This document shows positions 27,111 to 39,097 of a stretch of DNA of 64,000 nt, in pieces. Both the position numbers and the translations under genes were made by a program. Source of the stretch: Mytilus edulis (Eukaryota); assembly GCF_963676685.1 (NCBI RefSeq), contig NC_092352.1, positions 54,994,001-55,058,000 of the forward strand, given 5' to 3'. The notes under the pieces are model-generated. The model was not told the DNA's origin. It made no database searches and saw nothing but the letters and a program-made list of their open reading frames with translations. Position 1 is the first letter of the stretch. The number at the start of each line of letters is the position of its first letter.

Positions 27111-28334
27111 ACGCTACCAATTACTAAATTAATTGTTTGTAACAAAAAGATTATATGTACACTCTTAGGAAATTCTGATTCGTATCACATGCCAAGTTAT
27201 GTTTCCAGTTGTTTTCTTGTCTGACCAGAAATGAATACAAAAAGGTTTTAATTTATTATTAAAATTTGGCTTTAAAATAGCGTTCACTAAATAAGAGTAC
27301 ATCTCTAATAAGTCTGAAAATTACACTTTTTTGACAGCAGAAATTACAAAAATTAGTAAAACCATTCAAGAGTTAAAATTTATGTTCATTTATGAATAAA
27401 CGACCATGTTAATATAATAAGGACACTTTAGTGCATATAGGTAATTTGTTGTGTCACTATTATATATCATAAAAATGAAAGGTTTTGACATGAATGGTAA
27501 TTCTTTATAAATGGTACGTGTATATACATAGGTTTGGTCAAAATATATATGAGGAACGGCTTTAATCAAAAAGATGTTTTTAACATTTTTATTGTTCGTG
27601 TTTCTCGTGTATTTAGTTTTCTATGCTGTTCTTGTATAAAGGAAACAGTAGTATACCGCTGTTCAAACTCATAAATCCATGGACAAAAAACAAAATCGGG
27701 TTAACAAACTAAAACTGAGGGAAACGCATAAATATAAGATGAGAACAACGACACAACACTACAATGTAACTAACACACACAGAAACGGACCAAGGATCAG
27801 ACAAAATCCCACGAGAATAACAAATATAACATCAAAACCAAATACATGAATTTGGGATAGACAAGATACTTTTGTTTGTTCTTTGTTTTTTTTTGCCATG
27901 GCGTTGTCTATTTGTATCAGACTAATGAGTGTTATGTACCTTTGGTATATTTTGTCTTTTTTTTTGTATACTACATCTTGTAGGAAAATATTTGGTGGGA
28001 TAAAGTTGTTGCTTATATCAATATATAGGGCAAGATTTTAAGATGAGGATATTTTGATATTTGATGATTTTTTGCATAAAACACTAATGCAAACATATGA
28101 TGCAAAATTCAAATACTATAAATACCGATTGTTTAAAAATACTAATGTTTCATAAAAACCAGTAGTATGTTATTTTGTATACTAGTACTGTGTAATTTGA
28201 GGAGTCAACGAAGTGACCCTATCATATACTTTCTCTTTTTGGTGCATCTGAAGGGCTTTGTGTAGATGGTTTTTCATTATTGATTTCTTTGAGTATTTAT
28301 GACATATGCAGACAAAACATGTATTGAATAATAA

Positions 28335-28690
28335 GACAGGTGTCTTCAGTGAGTTTTAACAACCATTCGGGTAATGACACCGTATATGGAGATTTCATAC
28401 AGGAGGGTATAACCGGCCTAATATTCAGTCCTCCTGGGTTGACAAAATGTCATTTATACGTTCTTTCACCATATATTTACTGTAAATGAGTCATTGCAAA
28501 TAATTCAAATACTATATAAAAAAAAATACCTCAGGAAAAAGATTGCATCGTCAAGATTATGAAGATTTTTTGTGACTTTTGGTTTTCAATACTTTTCGAC
28601 TTTGTAGCTAATTCCATCTGATTTGATGGCCAATTATGAGACAAGTGTAGACGTGAAATTATAAACTTTGAATCTTTGGTTAGTTTTTAC
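28335..28690 (+). mobile_element. Highly degenerate retrozyme-like monomer
   Basis: Colinear remnants: aaccattcgggt, gagggtataaccggcc, caatacttttcgactttgta, tatgagac..gtagacg. Confidence 0.5.
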
Positions 28691-31271
28691 ATTCATTTGC
28701 CTGTACCAAGTTAGAAATATGATAGTTGTAGCAGTTCAGTGTTTCTGTTGTTCCGCTGTTACCAAGTTTTAGTTAATGTGATTCCCTCGGTTAGGTTTGT
28801 GACCCGGATTTATTTTTCGGTTAAATTAATAAATGGCTATTAAACAGTGGTATACTACTATTGCCTTTATTTATAAGCAATACTGTTTACTTGAATATTC
28901 GTTTAACTCGTCGTTTAAAGTAACGCTTGTGAAATAATCAAAGCCACCAATGCAATCAGAACATCTCACACTATATTTCTCTATGCAGAAGAACTGGATA
29001 ATTAATTAATCGAGAGAAAAAAAGAAATGACCACTTCATGCGTTTCGCAAATCTTCGAAACAGCGGCGACAATGGTATAAACCGATACAATGTCGACATA
29101 CCTACGCCCAACTTATAGTATTCCCGATGGTTATTTTCTTTTCACTGTGTTACTCATAGTCATAAACTGTTTATTCTCCCACATTTGCGAAACTGATGTG
29201 GTGAGATTAATAAAAAATCTACTTCAATCTTTGACAATAAAAGGACACGAATTATTGCAACGATAATAACTTCATATTCTGTTACTTATTGAAATATATG
29301 TATCAAAAATACAGAACTTAAAAGCAAATTGAAAAGAGGAAATTGATAAAAAAAAACTGACATAATAAAACGCTATCAACGAATGATACAAGTGAAAAAA
29401 AGGTGCCATAATCCTGATTTGTACAGGCATTTCCCAAAGAAAAACTTGGTTAAACCTCGTTTTGTATCTAGATGAACCTCCAATTTGTATGACATTTTTT
29501 TTTTATAGTTTCGTTATATTGACAAAATTGATTGATGTGACAAATAGATATGAAAGTTTAGTGTGACAATGATTGGGATCCAGCAGCCATTGCTGTGTCA
29601 TCATACATCACAGACATACAAAACAGCTGACTATAAAAAAAATCGAAAAAACATTGAAAAAATTAAAAAAAAAGACGCCAGTAAAAAGGTGAAGATTGCA
29701 AATATGACAATAACGGCAACAACAGTAACGTTTTTGTCCAGGCTTATAATCTTAAACATTTTATAATAAATACAATCTATAATGAGAAAGAAACAATTAC
29801 GGAATCTTCAAATGATCCTACGAATATGATCCAGTATGATCGGTCAGGTCTCGTAGAAGATAGAAGACTATCATTTTTTTGTAATTTGGTAAATAAATGC
29901 AACAGAAGAATACCGGTGTTCAAAAGTCATAAATCGATTGAGAGAAAACAAATCCGTGATACAAACTAAAACCGAGGGAAACACATCAACTATAAGAGGA
30001 AAACAACGAAACTACAGAAACACTGAAGTGCAACAAAAACAAACGACAATGCAACACACACAGAAACGAACAATCAAATAATAATTGCCATTTTTTCTGA
30101 ATTGGTACAGGACATTTAAAGAAAAAATGGTGGGTTGAACCTGGTTTTGTGGCTAACCAAACCTCGCACTTCTATGGAAATGTAAAATGTACCACGAAGG
30201 GAATTTATCGATGCCAATATGCTGTATCATCACATTATGAGTTGCTTTAAATCTTCAAGAATAACTGAAAACTGTCATTTTGTTTCTGTTATAAGCTAAA
30301 AATTCAACAGCAAGGACACTGTGATAAGGGTCAAATATTTAAAATTCATAACATTCAAGACTCACAAAATCGCCCCCCCCCGGCCCCAAAGACGCACAAA
30401 AACCAGGCAGAATATATGTAACATTTATTCTACACCGTTTTTTTTTATGGATATTTGACCAAAAAGCGTTTTACCACGGCAGTAAAATACAACTTTGGTA
30501 TTTCTACAGATAGTTCTATAGCAAGAGCAGAAAAGTAAATAAAGAAATCACTAAATGGCCGATTAAAGAACATCCGACTATATTATGTTCTATACTTTAT
30601 TTGTCAGTATTAAGATACCATCTACAAATAATGAATTTCCAGCAGTCTGAACAAATAATGAAATATTTAAAACACGTCTGACATTGGATGAAACAGGATG
30701 ATTGAGAAAACACATAACTGACAAGAGTCCAAAAGTCAGTTTAATAGTGCTGATTAACTCTAGACACACTCACTTCTAGCAAATATATCAGGAGCTGAAA
30801 AAAATCAAACCGATGATTATTTAAAAATATATCTGCATCAGACAGTTACGGTAGATTAAGGAATATATTAAAGACAAATCAACACCTTACTACAAGGTAT
30901 TGCTAGACTCTAATACTCCGTGAAAAGTTCATCAAGTCAGTGGAAGGTTGCTGAGTATTATCAGAGAAGTCTCTCTCACAATATACACGAGGTTATTAGG
31001 GAAAAGGTGTCAGGAAAAGTGTACTGATTGTCATGGCTATTCGGAAAATGCCTACCAAGTCAGGAATATGGCAGTTATACACTTGTTCCGTTGGTTGCTA
31101 GTGTTTGATTTTGTAAGTTTTTATGGACTTCCCGACTCCTCTTTTGAATTTGCCTTAGAGGTCAGAATTTTTTATATACCTTTTTTTTTCTCGGACATCC
31201 ATTAGAATATAAAAAAAACAACAGCAAAGTTGAAGGGTATTGCATGAACTAACCAAAGGAGCCGAAACAAC

Positions 31272-31395
31272 GCAGGTCGTTGGTTTTCTCCGGGCACTCC
31301 GCCTGCCTCCAAAAATAAAAATTAGCCGCCATGAAATTGATCAAAAGCGGTGCTTAGAAGTGGCGTTAAAACACCGAAAATCAAGACGAATCAAA
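31272..31395 (+). mobile_element. SINE 3' half with a V-domain-like motif
   Basis: ggttttctccgggcactccg..tcc...aagtggcgttaaaacacc. Confidence 0.55.
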
Positions 31396-32359
31396 TCGTA
31401 CCTCTTCTCTGAATAAATTACAAGTGTAAATGAAGGAAATTTACATGAGATTTGCGTTAATAGCCATTGGATGATACACATTTATAATCCCTCTTTAAAA
31501 TAGCCAAGAAGATGAATAATGGAACGACGAAGAAGTAAACATTGCCACTAATTTATGTGACTCTTATTTCAAACTCATGTCTTAATAGATATGCAACTCA
31601 TGAAATTGACTCCAATGGAAGAAATGAGTTTTTAAAGCTGCCTTCTGACCCAAGCAGGTTTGAAGATCGATGGTAGAGCATGAAGATATAACATTCAAAC
31701 TGTTTTTTAGCTGTTTTTAAACCAACTACAGACACCTCAGCCCTTTTCCGATTAATAAAGACACGAGGTAATATTTGCTGCCGAATACAACAGCTTCAGA
31801 AGACAGATGGTGACAGAAGAAAGGGGGGGGTATTTATCTTACCTCAATGTTAATTATAAAGCTACGACAGCAAACAAATATTTTCATTGCATGTAATTCA
31901 ATACTCGACAAGAGATTGACCATTGCAGAAAACACAGGTAAAGTAATTGTTCGCACTATGAAATTTCCGGTTTATATTTTTTTGGTAAAAAAAAACGAAA
32001 CAAAACAAAAATAGCAAAATACCATGTTAAATGTATAAAAATTCTTTTATCATATTCACCAGGTATGTAATCATAAGCATCATAAGCATCAAGGGCATCA
32101 ACTATTAAAGTCTTAGCATCAATTAAGTTCTTGGCCAAAATATTAGAAAATTACAAACTTATATACAAAATGAAGAGCTTATGAACCGAAAAGGAAAAAG
32201 TTATGTATACTAAGGACTAATACAAGTTACAATAAACCCGATAGATATGTTTTACAAAGGCTGCCGACTCGGAATAATTACAGTGCCATAGGAAAAGGAG
32301 AATATGCTTGACAGGGGCAGAAGGGGTGAATTGCAACAGGTAACCTATTCATAGACTTG

Positions 32360-33092
32360 TTGCAAAAAGAGGCAGCTGTTATCTGCTCTTTTGTCGGGTT
32401 ATTTTCATTCTCAATTATAATTTTTGACACAACCTTTTTCAACTTTTGATCTTCAGTGCTGTACAACTTTGTACTTTTTTTCACTTTCGATCTTTTATAT
32501 CTGGGCGTCACTGTTGAGTCTTGTGTGAACACGGCGCGTTTTTGGCGTATTGAATTTTAAACCTGATGCTTTTTGTTATCTATTAAGCACGTGTTTCTTT
32601 GTCTAATACGTTCTCCTATTAATTTGTATTGTAGTCCTGTAATATTATGTTGTCATTTCAATGTTATATTTAACATTGCCATTAAAGTGCGAGGTTTGGC
32701 ATGCCACAAAACTAGGTTCAACCCACCATTTTTCCTTTAAAAATGTCCTGTACCAAGTCAGGAATATGGCCATTGTTATATTATTGTTCGTTTCTGTGTG
32801 TTTGTTTGTTTTCTCATATTTTTGAGTGTAAATTCACATTGCGATAAGACGTGTCACGGTACTTGTCTATCCCAAATTCATGTATTTGGTTTTGATGTTA
32901 TATTTGTTATTCTCGTGGGATTTTGCCTGATGCTTGGTCCGTTTCTGTGTGTGTTACATTTTAGTGTTGTGTCGTTGTTCTCCTCTTATATTTAATGCGT
33001 TTCCCTCGGTTTTAGTTTGTTACCCCGATTTTGTTTTTTGTCCATGGATTTGTGAGTTTTGAACAGCGGTATACTACTGTTGCCTTTATTTA
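32360..33092 (+). mobile_element. Family C non-coding composite retroelement: decayed retrozyme segment, shared 3' module and specific tail
   Basis: Colinear with 44250-45008; ends gaacagcggtatactactgttgcctttattta. Confidence 0.75.
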
Positions 33093-33568
33093 TATTTAGT
33101 AGGCACCACAGGATCAATAAACAATCATACGTTGAACAAAATGCAAATGCTATGAGAAAATACAAAAAACGATGGAATCCAGAAACACAGAAAAGACCAT
33201 AAAATTAGAACCTCATATGTGGTACTTGTCGTGTTGACCATGGAAATTATAAATTCAATAAATAGTCCAAATCAACAACAAATAAAAGTGTTTAACGACC
33301 TTGACTGGCTATACAGCCCTCGCACGGTCGGCTCGGTGCCCGAAGGCGATTGATGAGCGTTTAAATATTTTCTGCCGTGGGTCAGGAACTGGTAGTAGAG
33401 GACACCGAATGGAGGCCGCCATCTTGGTTTTGGTGAATAGATTTTTCTTTGTTTACTATTTTGATGTTATTTCTTCACTAACGGCTGCTTTCAGGGCCAG
33501 TTTGGTCAGCTTGGCAGCACGCTAGCCTCGATGATGGAGTACTGGTAGATGAATCGTGGACGTAGTTC

Positions 33569-33929
33569 TAAATAGTTATCAAAGGTACCAGGATTATAAT
33601 TTAGTACGCCAGACGCGCGTTTCGTCTACATAAGACTCATCAGTGACGCTCAAATCAAAAATATTTATAAACCCAAACAAGTACAAAGTTGAAGAGCATT
33701 GAGGATCCAAAATTCCAAAAAGTTGTGTCAAATACGGCTAAGGTTATCTATGCCTGGGATAAGAAAATCCTTAGTTTTTCAAAAAGTTCAAAGTTTTGTA
33801 TACAGGAAATTTATAAAAATGACCACATTATTGATATTCATGTCTACACCGAAGTGTTGACTACTGGGCTGGTGATACCCTCGGGGACGAAACGTCCACC
33901 AGCAGTGGCATCGACCCAGTGGTATAAAT
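33569..33929 (-). mobile_element. Complete ~356-bp hammerhead-containing monomer (non-LTR retrozyme-like)
   Basis: Bounded by TAAAT direct repeats (33569-73 and 33925-29), contains an intact hammerhead, and is homologous to several other copies in the window. Confidence 0.8.
33606..33649 (-). ncRNA. Minimal type-I hammerhead ribozyme, intact core
   Basis: Reverse complement reads GCGUCA CUGAUGA GUCU UAUGU AGAC GAAA CGCGCG UC UGGCGU. Confidence 0.9.
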
Positions 33930-34894
33930 GACAGGAAGCGTTATCAGGACCAAAGCCGTGAGGCAGTTACATGCAGGTCGTATCACCCAATACCTAGGAT
34001 ACAGCCCTCGGACGTTAATCGGCATAACACTCCCCATGATACAATGGTTTTGGAGTGCATGTTAACGCGGGTACGCCAACTACTACGTCTATCTGTACGG
34101 CTTGGATTGGTTTCTGTCATCTTAAGTAGTAAGTCGTTGATCATCTAACTGTAAGCCCTCATTGAAGATAGCGGGTAAAGGAGAGCTGGCCCAGCACGTC
34201 CGTTCAGCTGTAATGACTGAGACGTGACTGGAGATTAGAAAAATATGTAGTCCAAATCGGACATGTCACAGTCGTTTTGAGGTGAAAGGGATTATTACTT
34301 TGTGACAACTTTGAGAACTCACCACCAGAGACCAAATGACACAGATATTAACAAATACATCTCGCCGAACGGCCTTTAATAGTGAGCAAAACCCATACCA
34401 GATAGTCAGCTATAAAATGTTCCGAAAAATAAAATTAACTGTCTAATTTATGTACATGAAGTAATGAACGTAAAACCAATCAAGAATGTGACGGGGTTAA
34501 ACTACTCGGAAGTTCCCAGTCCTTCCCATACCTTGAACTGTGTTGTTACAGTAGATCAAAACTATTGAAATTGGCTGAACTCATCAGAAGTAAACAAATA
34601 GAAATAATCTAACAAAACTACAAAGTAAACAAGGCAGGGTAGGTTTACATCCTCACTACAAAAACAACACCCATTAAGTACAGATCTAAGTGAACTCGCA
34701 GTTACGGGCAGCTAGCTTAAAGCAAATAACTAACAACTATTAAAATAATCATGCATCTAGGTCTAAAATATCAATATGTTTATATCCAACATCCAATGGA
34801 TTGAGTGTAAAGACATCAATAACAGTCAGAAAAAAACCCAGGATCCTGTGAAATGCCAAGATACAGGTATCAACATAGTGTAGAGTCATGAATA

Positions 34895-35610
34895 TACATA
34901 TTTATCCTGCAATTGGATGTCCTACTATACAGATACAGCCCTACATATGTCGCTATGCTGTATCTGTATACTATACAGATATCGCTTTAAAGCTCCGCCT
35001 ACTGCCGGACTGAGTATTGTTTGAACCTGTTTGACCTCAGAATGTGTATTCCAGTTGCATTCCAATGACGATGACAATTGTCGATTTCAAAACTTGAATG
35101 TGTATGATTGTGTTACAAAATCAACCATGTCAATTTCAGCATACATGTTTAGTGAATGTCAAGCCTGAAGCGTAGGACAACTCGTACACTTCTGTTTCAA
35201 ATTTGACAATGTTTTGTTATTTGTTTTTACTGCTGAAATTAGTTGTTATGTTAAAATATATAATTATTCACCTTGAGCGATGTATTATTGTTGACCACTC
35301 GAGATTCTTTTTTTGCGAACCCGTCTTCAGCGTAATGTGTGATTTTGATATTACTACGCGGGCCTCAAGGGATTACAAATCGAAAATAAATACTAAATAT
35401 GTTAGTTTTTGTGTCTTTCAAAACACAAACAATATACAGAATAATTGCAGGATAAAGACAATAACTGTTTAGTGTCTTTAAATATCAGCTGTATTTGTAC
35501 TCGGCTCGAAACAGGTGTAGTAGCTCGCTAAAAGTTCGCATACACCTTGTTTCCTAGCCTCGTACAAATACAGCTGATATTTAAAGACTCTAAACAGTTA
35601 TTGTCTATGT
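34895..35610 (+). mobile_element. Element with a terminal ~150-bp hairpin and a small 5' hairpin
   Basis: Inverted repeat at 35456-35606; tatacagatacagc / gctgtatctgtata at about 34926-34970. The left boundary is uncertain. Confidence 0.5.
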
Positions 35611-37119
35611 ATATAAAAACAATATTCCAAGATTTAATTACAGTGTTGATTTGGTAACCTTTTAGAATAAGACCATCTAAAGGATCGATAAGTTTGCACG
35701 GATTGTATCTTAATTTAGCGCCTCGGTAAAAAACACAAACGTAAAAACAAACAAGACGTGCTTCCCGTTTGAAATAAGTTTTCGATAGGTAAAAACAAAC
35801 TTAAAATCTATGGATGAGTTAAGTAAATGTTTTAAGTATTTTGCGGTAACGAAATGTCTGAAATAATAATTTTCGAGTAAATTCAGTAATACATAGATTA
35901 CGTTCATTGAAATCCAAAACACCACCTCAAACACTGTAAATATAATGAGTTTTGATATATAAAGGCCGGTAGGATGGTGCGAATAGAGGAACACTACAAT
36001 AAAGAAAACGGAAAAGTAACAATAAGGAACTAAAAAGGTCTCGTTTTTCGTGCATTTTAGTGTAGGTTGTCGCGTGTATAATGAAATCTATAAATCTACG
36101 AAAGGACAGTTATTACCATTTTTATTAGTATTATTTAAAGTAAGTTCTTTCAGGTAAATTTCGGTAGTATATTTAGAATTTTTTTTTTAACAGAAAAAAT
36201 ATAACCAATATAACGGTAAGTGTTGTTAAATTTATCAATCAAATGCAATTTAGAAAGGTCTTTACTGAGTATGGTCATACACTGGGAATTTTTAATCGTA
36301 CATGTTATCATGTTTTCTTTTTCCACGTTTAGCTAATTGATTGCCATAGTTCCTTGACTGCATCGATTATTATTGTAAAGTTGTGTTTTCAAGCTCACTG
36401 TATGTCAGCAATTCGATTCACAAATTTGATCTCTTTCGACTCATGTTTGTAGTCGCAAAAGGTGTGATATAGGTATGAGAAATAATATGAACACGCTGTT
36501 TATATATGGGAGGTATTTTCGGTATGAATCAAAAATGAAATCAAAACCCTATTGTTTTCATCAGGCAGGAACGCACAAAGCCGAATATTTGAAAGCCGAG
36601 GATGAAAAGAATATAACAAATTGAAGAGTTTTACCTCAAAAATGTAAATATTGATTAAAAAGTGATGGCGTTCAGCCCTTTAGTGGTAAAGGATTTTTTT
36701 GGAAAACAAGTTTCCCGTTTTTTCCAATTCCAACCGGTATCAAAGTGTTTTTTTATGTTCAGCCAACATTATACTTTCCTACAATAGGCTTTAGATAGAA
36801 CATCACCATTAGAATCGAACGTTGCTGCGTATTTATACATCTCACAAATACAAATCTTCCACCTGTTTTTTTTTTCAGGCGGACAAGTCAAGTCTAAACT
36901 GTCAGTTTAACAGTCTTGTTTGCTTAAATAGAAGTTAAATGTTTAAACATTTGGTTAACTAAATTTACTGATTATGCAATATAGCGTACGCATAATAGTA
37001 CAAGTTTTGTTCTACTAGAAGTATTTTGTATATATATTTCTGATATTAAACCCAATGAAAAGTTGCAACACATAGCTTGCTTATGGGTTTTATACTATGC
37101 AGCAATCCCATTGCAGTGT

Positions 37120-38036
37120 CTTTAGGGCATGTCTGAGCAGAAAGTTTAGGGGCTATGTCAAAGACCTTTCGTCCCTTTTCTCAAATAATTTCATCGGAAG
37201 GTACCAAGACCTTGTTGATAAATATTCCGAATCAACTGTTCAAATAATACACGATGGTCTTGGAGTATAGATTCTATGTACTGACGTTGTTTATCTTCAT
37301 AATAACGTATCTTTGTCTTTATGAATATTACTTTTATTGTTTAGTCTATGTTTGTAAATCTTTATATATATGAAGATGTGGTATGAGTGGCAATGAGACA
37401 ACTCTCCATCCAAATAACAAATTATAAAAGTAAATCATTATCTTTGTCTTCTTGTCTATCATTTATGCTTATGTGCTTCTTCTATATGCCTTTTTGTGTT
37501 TCTTTGTACATATGACGTGGCTCTGCACTTATACATCCCGTCATTGTATTTTTGTTCTATGATAAGTTTCGTATTTTTGTCTTTCGTATTGTGAATGTGC
37601 TTTGCCTATATACCTTTTTTGTTTTTAGTCGTTGACATATTTGTTTGTTCTTATATTGATTAAGATAATCACACAATGTTACTGATGTACGCCTATTTTT
37701 GATATTTTGATCTTATATTTCAGTTTGTTTTCTTCACACATCGCTGTCAATATATACTTTTATGCGACTATCATACAAGTGAGAGGATTATCTAGCTATA
37801 AATAAACACATCATAAAAACCAGGATTGAAATTTTGTATTTGCGCCCAAAAGACAGCCCAGTGACGCTCGAAGCAATGCAGGTTAAAACGAACATTTCCC
37901 TCATGTATGTACCAAGTCAAAAATGTGACAGTTGTCATTCATTCGTTTGATGTTTGAGATTTTAAATTTGCCATTTGCTTAGTGACTTTCTGTTTTGAAA
38001 CTTCCTCGGAATTCAGTATTTTTTATTTTACTTTTT
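37120..38036 (+). mobile_element. Family B 3' portion with nested family D and retrozyme fragments
   Basis: gtctgagcagaaagtt...catcggaaggtaccaagaccttgttgataaatattcc, then 3'UTR; inserts at about 37370-37440 and 37805-37890. Confidence 0.7.
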
Positions 38037-38935
38037 GATAGCACATACGCCATATATTTGTAGTGGTAGGTAGGTTCGGAAAGTTCGACCTTCGTTTGTA
38101 ACAATAAGACCGCATAAAATTCGAATATGTAATAGATAGAAAATGAATGCTTGCGTTAAATTCGTAAATTAAAAAAAAATGTATGAAGGGAACAACTAGT
38201 TTACTACAAACACCCGATGAGAGTAAGATTGTCCAACAAAACTTGTACCCTCTTTTGACATTTTTACCTATTACGTCTGTTTGTTGTTTTGTTCGCCCAT
38301 TGTTGTTAATATGATGAAATTTCATTATGTTCAGAGTTGAAACTAGCTAAAAAAAACCAGGTTTAATCGACCATTTTCTACAAAAGGAAATTCCAGTACG
38401 AAATTGTACAGTTGTTTTCCATTCGTTCGATGTGTTTGAACTTTCGATTTTGCCATTTGATAAAAGATTTCCGATTTAATTTTCCATGAAGTTTGGTATT
38501 CTTGTAATTTAACTTTTATTTTTTTTTTTTATATCGGATGTGACATTGAGGGGTTATACCGGTGTTCTGTTGTCGCAGAAATTCCCTTTCGCTTTTTGAC
38601 AGATAACCGAACGAATGTCTTATAAACGCGAACATTATTGAGTGTAAAATAACATTCCTTATCGCTTTTTATAAATCCATTTCTTCAATGAATACCCTTA
38701 GAAATATTTTTAAAACGTTTTAAAATTTCTTTATCGGTGAAAAGCCTTCAAGGATACGATATTTTCTGCTTCTTGGTTTCCGATAAAACAGCGGAAATTT
38801 CGTCAATATTGGAATTCCAATTCATTATGGATGAAACTGATTGAACAAAATGACAGTATTTTATTCCCATTGTTAATATATTGCACTAACGATCGTCTGG
38901 AGATTGTAATGCAGAATAATCATGACTTTTATTGG

Positions 38936-39094
38936 CAATAGTTATCAAAGGTACCAGGATTATAATTAAGTACGCCAGACGCGCGTTTTGTCTAAACAAG
39001 ACTCATCAGTGACGCTCATATCAAAATATTTATAAAGCCAAACAAGAACAAAGTTGAAGAGCATTGAATATTCAAAATTCCAAAAGTTGTCCTG
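38936..39094 (-). mobile_element. Partial retrozyme-like repeat, interrupted by a Harbinger-type MITE
   Basis: Close match to 33570-33725; appears to resume weakly at about 40614-40637. Confidence 0.75.
38972..39015 (-). ncRNA. Hammerhead ribozyme with G12A core mutation, probably inactive
   Basis: Same fold, but GAAA is replaced by AAAA (position 38989). Confidence 0.8.
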
Positions 39095-39097
39095 TAA

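Noticed and set aside
33296-33355. HDV-like ribozyme
   Set aside because: P1- and P1.1-like pairings can be drawn, but no acceptable P3/L3 or P2.
33689-33931. 80-aa ORF and similar ORFs at 32278-32532 and 44257-44609
   Set aside because: They are antisense readings of the retrozyme repeat, with frames not conserved between copies.
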